Shown here piece by piece: positions 36,754 to 44,198 of a stretch of DNA of 64,000 bases. The stretch spans positions 71,932 through 135,931 of the forward strand of contig JBCCQA010000001.1 of assembly GCA_039024635.1 (NCBI GenBank), in the 5' to 3' direction. The number at the start of each line of letters is the position of its first letter. Position 1 is the first letter of the stretch. Below the pieces are notes generated by a model that was not told the DNA's origin, searched no databases, and worked only from the letters and a program-made list of their open reading frames with translations. The translations under genes were made by a program, and so were the position numbers. The stretch is from Myxococcota bacterium (GTDB lineage: Bacteria > Myxococcota > Kuafuiibacteriia > Kuafuiibacteriales > Kuafuiibacteriaceae).

Positions 36754-37620
36754 GTGCGAGTTCTCTGTCTCATATTGCTCCTCAGCTCGGCCTGCCGAGA
36801 GGCCAAGCCCACCCGGAGCGCCCGGCTCTACTTCACATCCGAGTTCCAAGGTCGGGTCGCCCCGAGCGATCAGGAGGGGGGCCTCGCTCGGCTCGTTTCC
36901 GTCCTGAAACGCGATTCGGGACCGCGCTGGATGGACCTCGGCGACCTGTTGGCGCCGAACTCCACCCCCGCTCAGGCCAGGGTCCTGGCCCGGCCGCTCT
37001 CCTCCCACGCCTTGGCTCTGAATCTCGGACCTCACGAGCTGGAGCAAGCCTCGCTTCTTCGGACGCTTCGCCGAGAGGTGGCGCCACCCTGGCTGAGCGC
37101 CAACGCAAGACCAGTGGATGAGTGGGCGCTTGCCCGATCCTTCGTCCGCTTGGTGGATGGCGTTCGGATAGGTATCACTGGGGTCGTCTTGCCCGAAGGC
37201 ATCGAGACCCGGGACTTCGTTCTCTTGGCCCACGAACCGGCACTGGCGAATGAAGTCCACGCACTGGAGGACGCCGGGGCAGAAGTGTTCATCCTCTTGG
37301 CACGCTTGGAGCGACGGCAAGCCCAGGTCCTGGCAGAGGTTGCGCCGACGCTCGACTTCATCATCTACGGCGCAGACCGGGCCGAAACGGCGGAGCCTAC
37401 ACGCCATGGCGACACCTGGCTGATTCATGCAGGGGGTCGAGGACGAGCGGTCGGCGTGTTGAACATCTCGGTTCACGCCTCCCACGGGGCCTTCGACCGG
37501 GGTGAAGGCAGCTTGGGAACGGCCAACAGCTTCCAGGTCGAACTGCTGCCCCTGGACGCCCGTATCCCGCAGGACCCTGGTGTCTCGATCCGCTTGGAAT
37601 CTGGGGCACAGAGCCAATGA
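36754..37620 (+). CDS. Secreted hypothetical protein (degenerate metallophosphoesterase/5'-nucleotidase-like?)
   Basis: Signal peptide MRVLCLILLLSSAC. 288 aa. ATGA coupling to the downstream mltD. No recognisable catalytic His motifs. Confidence 0.4.
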   Translation: MRVLCLILLLSSACREAKPTRSARLYFTSEFQGRVAPSDQEGGLARLVSVLKRDSGPRWMDLGDLLAPNSTPAQARVLARPLSSHALALNLGPHELEQASLLRTLRREVAPPWLSANARPVDEWALARSFVRLVDGVRIGITGVVLPEGIETRDFVLLAHEPALANEVHALEDAGAEVFILLARLERRQAQVLAEVAPTLDFIIYGADRAETAEPTRHGDTWLIHAGGRGRAVGVLNISVHASHGAFDRGEGSLGTANSFQVELLPLDARIPQDPGVSIRLESGAQSQ

Positions 37621-39215
37621 AACCGGGCGCGCAGGCCCTTCTGCTTGTCTTTGCCGTTACGGCCTGCGCGACGCTCCCGCCTTCTGAAGCGGAGCCGGAG
37701 TCCCGCGCCTCCATGCTCCAGCCGAGCTCGACCGAGGTCCAGGGGGTCGAGGTCGAGAGCTCGAAGGACGTGGCCTTCGTCGAAGACCTGCCTTTCGATC
37801 AGGCTCCCATCGCGCCCCGGAGCTTCACCGCTCGCGCGATCTTCACCCAAACCGGCACCATCAGCTTCGACATCCCGATGGTCGACGACGAGCGGGTGAT
37901 CTACTGGGAAGACTACCTCAGCGGACGAGGGCGACGCTGGTTCGAGATCTGGCTTTCTAGGAGCACGCGCTACGTCCCCACCTTTTGGGAGGCCCTGGAT
38001 CGGAAGGGTCTGCCTCGAGACCTCGTTTTCTTGGCCATGGTAGAGAGCGGCTTCTCGACTTCTGCCCAGTCCTGGGCCGATGCCGTCGGGCCCTGGCAGT
38101 TCGTGGCGTCGACGGGTCGCGCCTACGGTCTCCGCATCGACTTCTGGGTCGACGAGCGTCGCGACTTCGAGCGGAGCACCGAGGCCGCTCTCGACTACCT
38201 GGAGCGCCTCTACGAGCGATTCGGAGACTGGCATCTGGCCTTTGCGGCCTACAACGCAGGTCCGGGACGAGTCAGCCGCGCCATCCGAAGAGCGGGCGTG
38301 GAAGACTTCTGGCAGCTCGATCGATGGCTCCGAAAAGAGACGGAGAACTACGTCCCCAAGATCTTGGCTGCAGCCCGGGTTGCCAAGGAGGCGGAGCAGA
38401 GGGGCTTCGAGAACGTCGCGTATCTTCCGCCCTTCGAGTTTCGAACTCTCACCGCGACCCAGTCGGTTTCGCTGAAGAGCATGGCCGAGCTCTGTCCCGA
38501 GGAGCTCGAGGTCGAAGACCTGATACAGCTCAATCCCTCTCTTCGGACCGGGGTCACGCCCCCGGGAGAGGATTGGAAGCTGCGCGTTCCCAAGGCCACC
38601 ACCGCCTCGTGCGCCCAGGCCCTGGATGCCGGGCCAGGACGCTCGGCGTGGACCCACCGCTGGCACCCGGTCCAGCCCGGGGACACGCTGGAAGGGCTGG
38701 CCGAGCGCTACCGGACGACGACTGAGGCCATCCTGGCCTTCTCCGAAGCCGAAGCCGAAGACTTCGAGAAGTTCGAAGAGATCGTGATTCCCATTCCTCG
38801 CCCACATGCCCAGGCCCCCATCCGGACACCCCGAACTCTCCCCGGACGTTCGGCGGTCTACGGGGTGCCGGAGGTACGAATCATTCGCTATCGGGTTCGG
38901 AGCGGGGACTCGCTATGGCGGATCGGTGAGCGATTCCGGGTGTCGGTCGCCGAGCTTTGCCAATGGAACGGTCTGCGGCGGAACGACGTGCTGGGCCTAG
39001 GTCAGCGCCTCCGAATCGAGCAGCGTCCGGGGCGTCGTTCTTCTTCTCCGGTGCCCAGCCAGGTGGCGCCTCCGGGCATTCATGTCGTTCAGGCCGGAGA
39101 GTCCTTTTGGCTCATCGCCCGTCGTCACGACACCACGGTGAAGCGGTTGCTGAAGCTCAACGAACTCGAACCGGAGCACGTTCTCGTGCCAGGGGAGCAG
39201 CTCAAGCTCCGCTGA
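37617..39215 (+). CDS. mltD: Membrane-bound lytic murein transglycosylase D-like (SLT domain + 3 LysM)
   Basis: SLT motif 'AMVESGFS...AYNAGPGRV'. Three LysM repeats (QPGDTLEGLAERY; RSGDSLWRIGERF; QAGESFWLIARRH). Lipoprotein signal. Confidence 0.85.
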   Translation: MKPGAQALLLVFAVTACATLPPSEAEPESRASMLQPSSTEVQGVEVESSKDVAFVEDLPFDQAPIAPRSFTARAIFTQTGTISFDIPMVDDERVIYWEDYLSGRGRRWFEIWLSRSTRYVPTFWEALDRKGLPRDLVFLAMVESGFSTSAQSWADAVGPWQFVASTGRAYGLRIDFWVDERRDFERSTEAALDYLERLYERFGDWHLAFAAYNAGPGRVSRAIRRAGVEDFWQLDRWLRKETENYVPKILAAARVAKEAEQRGFENVAYLPPFEFRTLTATQSVSLKSMAELCPEELEVEDLIQLNPSLRTGVTPPGEDWKLRVPKATTASCAQALDAGPGRSAWTHRWHPVQPGDTLEGLAERYRTTTEAILAFSEAEAEDFEKFEEIVIPIPRPHAQAPIRTPRTLPGRSAVYGVPEVRIIRYRVRSGDSLWRIGERFRVSVAELCQWNGLRRNDVLGLGQRLRIEQRPGRRSSSPVPSQVAPPGIHVVQAGESFWLIARRHDTTVKRLLKLNELEPEHVLVPGEQLKLR

Positions 39216-40140
39216 AGGGCGTCGACCCGGCGCTGCCTGATGGTCTGCCTGGGGACCTGGTCGGGAGCCCGAAGACGAAGGTCGTCCCGGGGCCTTCCGT
39301 GTCCTCGATCCACAATTGGCCCCCGTGTCCTTGGACCACCCGCTGGGCCAGGGTCAGGCCCAGGCCGCTCCCTTCCCGGTCGGAGCTCAGCCGCTGGAAG
39401 GGTTCGAAGACTTCACCTCGCAGCTCTCTTGGGATGCCGATCCCTTCATCCCTGACTTCTACGAGGATCCGGTCGACCTGGGTCCTCCAGGCGATCGTGA
39501 TGCTCGGAGGACCGTCCGAGTACTTGATGGCATTGCTGAGCAGGTTCTGAAAGACGGTTCCGATGCAGCTGTGGTCGCACCAGGCCGAAGGCAGTCGACT
39601 TTGGACGTGAACCTTAGCCCCTGTCGCTTCAATGGTGGACTCGAGTCCCTGGAGGGTGTCGTCGAGCACCGCCTGCAGGTCGACTTCGCGGCGGTCGAGT
39701 CCCGTTCGGCCCAGCCTCGAGAAGTCGTGTAAGGACTGGACCTGGTTCTCCAGCCGCTGGGCCATCTCACGGATTCGGTCCAGACGCCGGTTTACTTCTC
39801 CCGGCAGATGCCGGCCATGATCCTCGCCGATAAAGCTCACGTAGTTCCGGATGCCTCGAAGCGGCTCTTTCAGGTCGTGGGCGATCACCTGGGCAAACTC
39901 GTCCAAGGCTCGGTTGCTGTCTTCTAGCCTTGCCTCCGCCCGCAATTTGGCCTGCATCGCCCTATGCTCTCGCCAACGAAGGATGAAGACCGAGATCAGG
40001 AGCGGGATGGTGATGAAGGCTAGAAAGGTCGCGAAGGCGGCGCCGACGGGGAGCCCGCCGAGGCAGGGTGAGCAGGCAGTGCAGTCCCATCGGGCCGGGT
40101 AGGGCGAGGGGTCGGACAAGCAACCGATCAGCCCCAGCAT
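39202..40140 (-). CDS. Sensor histidine kinase
   Basis: H-box 'IAHDLKEPLRGI', N-box 'NLLSNAIKYS' and G-boxes 'DEGIGIP...GSGLGL'. N-terminal Cys-rich segment plus one TM. Start inferred at MLGL. Confidence 0.8.
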   Translation of the reverse strand: MLGLIGCLSDPSPYPARWDCTACSPCLGGLPVGAAFATFLAFITIPLLISVFILRWREHRAMQAKLRAEARLEDSNRALDEFAQVIAHDLKEPLRGIRNYVSFIGEDHGRHLPGEVNRRLDRIREMAQRLENQVQSLHDFSRLGRTGLDRREVDLQAVLDDTLQGLESTIEATGAKVHVQSRLPSAWCDHSCIGTVFQNLLSNAIKYSDGPPSITIAWRTQVDRILVEVRDEGIGIPRELRGEVFEPFQRLSSDREGSGLGLTLAQRVVQGHGGQLWIEDTEGPGTTFVFGLPTRSPGRPSGSAGSTPFSGA

Positions 40141-40206
40141 GGACCCACGGTACCAAGGGGCCGGGTCTTCGTTGCTATCTGATCCAATGTTCAGTATTTT
40201 ATTCGA

Positions 40207-40878
40207 ATGGCCGAAGCGCGCTCCCTCCACGAGCTGCGGCGTGAGCTCGCATCACGGGCACCCTTCTTGGGTCAGCTCGCCTCTATGAGCAGCGGTTGGC
40301 CGGAGCTCGACCAGCGGTTGGGCGGGTGGCCTCGGGGCGGTATCACCCTTCTCACCGGGCCCGCGGGGAGCGGTCGTTTGAGCCTGGCCGCGGGGCTTCT
40401 CGCTCAGCGGACCCAGCAAGGTGAGGTCGTGGCCTTCGTCGACGGAAGCGCCAGCGCCCATCCTCCTGCCTTGTGGCAGCGGGGCGTAATCCTCGAGCGA
40501 ACGCTCATGATCCGAAGGGAGGATGAGCGGGTCGTGTACGGTTTCGAACAGATCGTCGCTTCCGGCATTTTCTCGGCCGTTGTGGGCTTTGGTCTGGATC
40601 CATGGCTGACGCCGCCTCGTTGGCGGCGCCTGCAGAGCGCCACCGAGGGGGCTGGGGTCGGCACCGTGCTCGTCACTTCGCCCGAAACTGCGGCCTCGAT
40701 CTCTGGGGCAGCGCTCCGCCTCGATCTCGAGCCAAGTCAAACAGAGGTTCGAGTCGCCGTCCGAAAAGACCGAAGCGGGCGAGCAAGTGGGCAGAGCTTC
40801 CCACTCGCGGGTATGCACGGAGCGCTGTCGGGCTTCCGAAGGACTCTGGGCTCCCCAGGCGCCTTTCGATCGGACTAG
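40207..40878 (+). CDS. ImuA/SulA-like RecA-fold protein with degenerate P-loop (orphan, no imuB/dnaE2 adjacent)
   Basis: 'LDQRLGGWPRGGITLLTGPAGSGRLSLAAGLLAQ' resembles the ImuA signature (LD..LGGGLPRG.L.E..G...G). Real C-terminus may be shorter. Confidence 0.4.
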   Translation: MAEARSLHELRRELASRAPFLGQLASMSSGWPELDQRLGGWPRGGITLLTGPAGSGRLSLAAGLLAQRTQQGEVVAFVDGSASAHPPALWQRGVILERTLMIRREDERVVYGFEQIVASGIFSAVVGFGLDPWLTPPRWRRLQSATEGAGVGTVLVTSPETAASISGAALRLDLEPSQTEVRVAVRKDRSGRASGQSFPLAGMHGALSGFRRTLGSPGAFRSD

Positions 40879-40886
40879 ATGGCAGC

Positions 40887-41810
40887 GTGACCGGGGACCT
40901 ATACACAGAGCTCGAAAGCTCGCCCTCGGCCAGCCCCGAACAGCTGCGATCCTCCTACAAGAAGCTGATTCGGGAGAACCATCCCGATCTCCATCCGAAC
41001 GATGAGGCCCGACATCAGCGATTTCGGGCCATCACAGCCGCTTTTGACGTGTTGTCCGACCCCAAGAAGCGGGCGCTGTACGACCGCTTCGGCCGAGCCG
41101 CCATCGCCGCCGGCTTCGATCCGGTTCGCCTCGAGTCGATCGGACCAGGCGCCGACGTCCGTCTGTCCATCACCCTCAGCTTCGTCGAGGCCGCCAACGG
41201 GACCCAGAGGATCCTCCTCGTCCCCCGTCGTGAGGGGGCCTCCGGTCCGGTTACGGTCAGGATCCCGCCCGGCGTGAAGTCCGCGCAGACCCTTCGGGTC
41301 CCCGAGGCCGGCGAGCCAGGTCGTCCCCCCGGCACCCTCTGGGTCGACGTCACGGTGGCCAAGCACCCCCTCTTCGAGCGGATTGAACGTGACGTCCGAC
41401 TGCAGCTCCCGGTTTCCCTGAGGGAGCTTGTTTGCGGGGCCGAGGTCATGATTCCGACCCCATCGGGCCGGGTCGCCTTTCGGGTGCCGCCCCGGTGTCA
41501 GCCCGGTCAGGTCATTCGTCTTCCCGGAGCCGGCATTGCAGCCCACAAGGACCGGCGGGCCGGCGACCTCTTGGTGAAGCTCAAGCTGGTGCTGCCCTTC
41601 GAAGCGGCCTCCAGTGGGGAGGGCCGAGCGCTCCTCGAGCAACTCGACCGCTTCTACAAAGAGCCGGTTCGAGATGGCCTGTTCATTCAGGCGCCGGGCT
41701 CGTCGTCCGGCGCGCGCCCCGTTGGTTCGGTCCGACCTGGCTCGGTGACCTCCAGCCCGCCCCCGGCCGGGTCCGAAACGTCCTCCGAGGATCCGCCGAC
41801 CTTGCCCTGA
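40887..41810 (+). CDS. DnaJ/CbpA-like J-domain co-chaperone (no zinc-finger domain)
   Basis: J-domain with HPD (YKKLIRENHPDLHPND) and C-terminal DnaJ CTD repeats. GTG start at 40887. Confidence 0.75.
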   Translation: MTGDLYTELESSPSASPEQLRSSYKKLIRENHPDLHPNDEARHQRFRAITAAFDVLSDPKKRALYDRFGRAAIAAGFDPVRLESIGPGADVRLSITLSFVEAANGTQRILLVPRREGASGPVTVRIPPGVKSAQTLRVPEAGEPGRPPGTLWVDVTVAKHPLFERIERDVRLQLPVSLRELVCGAEVMIPTPSGRVAFRVPPRCQPGQVIRLPGAGIAAHKDRRAGDLLVKLKLVLPFEAASSGEGRALLEQLDRFYKEPVRDGLFIQAPGSSSGARPVGSVRPGSVTSSPPPAGSETSSEDPPTLP

Positions 41811-42121
41811 AGACGCTCGGCGCCCCACCGAGTGGCGTACTCGCCCATGAGTTCTCCGGCCATGGCCCCGCCGAAGGCGCCGACCAGCGTGCCCACACCG
41901 GGAATGAGGCTTCCGACCCCGGCCCCCAAGGCCGCGCCCCCGGCGCTGCCGGTCAGGCTGCCGACGTACTGTCCCAGCTTCTTCTTGTACTCTTCCGGGC
42001 TGACCTCGCCGGACCAATACTTACGGGTCTCTTGCCCGACTTGGATGCCAAAGCGGACCGCAAAGCCCACCACCACCGGGTGGCGAAGGCGACGGTCCCA
42101 ATCAGGAGGGAGGCCGTTCAT
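41687..42121 (-). CDS. Glycine-zipper membrane protein, paralog 1
   Basis: 144 aa. 'GSLTGSAGGAALGAGVGSLIPGVGTLVGAFGGAMAG' zipper. Clear homology to the adjacent ORF. 3' 124 nt antisense-overlap the DnaJ-like tail. Confidence 0.5.
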   Translation of the reverse strand: MNGLPPDWDRRLRHPVVVGFAVRFGIQVGQETRKYWSGEVSPEEYKKKLGQYVGSLTGSAGGAALGAGVGSLIPGVGTLVGAFGGAMAGELMGEYATRWGAERLQGKVGGSSEDVSDPAGGGLEVTEPGRTEPTGRAPDDEPGA

Positions 42122-42543
42122 AGCTTGCGACGAGGGCCGTCCGCGGGCTCCGAGTCCGGGGCTTCGCGGGCCAAAGAGGCTTCCGGCCTGCGCCTGCGCC
42201 CGAAGCGAACCTCCGCGTGCTCGACCGCAGCCCGGCCCAGTCTCGAGCCCGCTTCGTCGCCGACCAGAGAGCCGGTGAAGGCGCCCAGGATCGTTCCCAG
42301 ACCAGGGGCGAAGGCTGTTCCGGCCAGGGCGCCTGCCGCTGCGCCCGCCATGCCGCCCGAGATGGAGCCGACGTGGGTCCAGCCTCGGCGCTTGAATTCC
42401 GCGCCGTCGATCTCGCCGCTCCGGACCCGTTGGTAGTCCTTAGCGAAACGAAGGCTGAGCGTCGCTGCCGTCACCACGACCGTGGGGTGTCGCTCCAAGC
42501 GCCGTATGATGCGCTCGATGGGCGTGCGTTTCAGCAGTTCCAT
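42118..42543 (-). CDS. Glycine-zipper membrane protein, paralog 2
   Basis: 141 aa. 'GSISGGMAGAAAGALAGTAFAPGLGTILGAFTGSLVG'. Shared N-terminal motif RRLxRHPxVVV...RF...SGE..E.K with paralog 1. Confidence 0.5.
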   Translation of the reverse strand: MELLKRTPIERIIRRLERHPTVVVTAATLSLRFAKDYQRVRSGEIDGAEFKRRGWTHVGSISGGMAGAAAGALAGTAFAPGLGTILGAFTGSLVGDEAGSRLGRAAVEHAEVRFGRRRRPEASLAREAPDSEPADGPRRKL

Positions 42544-42686
42544 GGGCTCAGGCTACCGCTCCAGCGCGCGGGAGCGAAGCGTCAGGCATAACTTTCGACA
42601 TCCCCACGGGCCCATGCTAGCTCGCCGAGCGGCGTGGCCGCGCGCACGGGCAGAAAAGGGGCCCATGTACGCTCGACCGTGGTTCT

Positions 42687-44198
42687 ATGGGCCGAAGCAT
42701 GAAGCGACTGGGCGGTCTTCTCCTCCTGCTGTTGACTGGCTGCGCCGATACCCTCCTAGGGATTTCACCCCTCGAAGAAGGCGCCGACCGACTGACGTAC
42801 CCGTTTGGTCTCGCCGCCGTCGAGGGGCCTACCCCCGCCCAGGACACCCTGCTCGTAGTCAGTACGAATCTCGACCAGCGCTTCAACGCCGGCTTGCTGG
42901 CGGCTTTCGACTTCGAGGCCCTTGCTGCACAGGTCGAAGCGGCGACCTGCGAGGCGCCCATCGTCCGCTCCCGCATCGAAGGACTGCGGGGCGCGCTCCG
43001 CGTGCCCTCGGGCTCCGGGCGCTTGGTCCCCTTCCGCGACGGGGCACGCCTTCGCCTCGCCCTCCCGACCCGCTTCGGTCAGAGCCTCAGCCTCTTCGAC
43101 CTCGACCCTGGCGGCCGTCTGCCGACGCCCGGCACCCCGCCCGAGCCCGGGGACCTCGTCTCTTGCCGGGCACAGGGTGCGTCGACCGAGACCGCCCTTG
43201 ACTGTGCGGCCAGTCATCGCATCGGGCTCGACGACGATGACCCTTTCGACGTCGCGCCCGTCTACGACGAGGCCGGCGAACTGGAGCTCCTGGCCGTGAC
43301 CCATCTGGGGGGCAACGGCGGGCCGATTTCGGTCGTAGGGGCCGACCGCATTCGAGCCCGACTCGACCCCCAAGAGGCCACGGACCCCGAGGCCGCGGCC
43401 GGTCGTCCCATCGTCGCCAACGTCTCGGGACTGACCGGCTCCTTTGCGGCGACCGGGCTTGGGCCCGGGCAGTTGCTCGTCACCACCAACGGCGACCCCA
43501 CCGTCCGCCCGCTTCGGATCGCGCGGCTCGAATCGTCCACTTTGCTCGGCCTTCGGCGCTCCAGCTTTGCCGACGTCGGACAGCCTTTGGGGCAGGAAGG
43601 ACGGGACCCTTCGGTCGTTGTTCCCTCTGCCTTCGCGGACCTCGAGCCCGAGACCTCGGGAGAGCGGGTGCGGGGGCTTGCGACGAGGGCTGATCGGCCG
43701 GAGCTCGCGTGGGTGGCCCTGAGGATCATTGACGACCAGGGCGCGCAAACGGAGAACTCGGTGATCGCGACGGTCGACCTGACCGAGAGCCCGTTTCGCG
43801 TGCTGTCGGTCTTCGAGGTGGGCGAACAGATTGGTCGTCCCGTCTTCGATCCGGTCTCGGGCCTCCTGTACGTTCCTGACGAACGCCGCGGACTTTTCGT
43901 ACTCGACGTTTCGGGCGTCGCTCCCTTGCTCGTAGCCCAGGTCGACGGTCGCGCTCAAGTCGCCATCGGCGGCGGATTCACCCGAGGCTTCCGGCTTCTC
44001 TCCAGCCCGACCGAGGTGGCCTTCGATCCCAGACCACGCCAGGGACGCCGTCTTCTTTACGCCAGCAACTTTCTCAACAGCACTTTGGGCGTGATCGACG
44101 TGACCGAGCCCAGCCGCCCCTGCGTCGTCGCCCGGCTCGGTGAGCCTCTGGACCCGGGCAACGAGAGTCGGGAGCTGCTGTTCGGAGTCGAGCCTTGA
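42687..44198 (+). CDS. Lipoprotein with LVIVD-like beta-propeller repeats
   Basis: Lipobox LLLTGC. Repeats 'LLYVPDERRGLFVLDVSGVAPLL' and 'LLYASNFLNSTLGVIDVTEPSRPCVV'. 503 aa. Confidence 0.55.
   Translation: MGRSMKRLGGLLLLLLTGCADTLLGISPLEEGADRLTYPFGLAAVEGPTPAQDTLLVVSTNLDQRFNAGLLAAFDFEALAAQVEAATCEAPIVRSRIEGLRGALRVPSGSGRLVPFRDGARLRLALPTRFGQSLSLFDLDPGGRLPTPGTPPEPGDLVSCRAQGASTETALDCAASHRIGLDDDDPFDVAPVYDEAGELELLAVTHLGGNGGPISVVGADRIRARLDPQEATDPEAAAGRPIVANVSGLTGSFAATGLGPGQLLVTTNGDPTVRPLRIARLESSTLLGLRRSSFADVGQPLGQEGRDPSVVVPSAFADLEPETSGERVRGLATRADRPELAWVALRIIDDQGAQTENSVIATVDLTESPFRVLSVFEVGEQIGRPVFDPVSGLLYVPDERRGLFVLDVSGVAPLLVAQVDGRAQVAIGGGFTRGFRLLSSPTEVAFDPRPRQGRRLLYASNFLNSTLGVIDVTEPSRPCVVARLGEPLDPGNESRELLFGVEP

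Noticed and set aside
36544-37617. 357-aa minus-strand ORF
   Set aside because: Antisense shadow of the signal-peptide protein and the REC-GGDEF 3' end. Arg/Pro/Gly-rich composition typical of high-GC non-coding frames.
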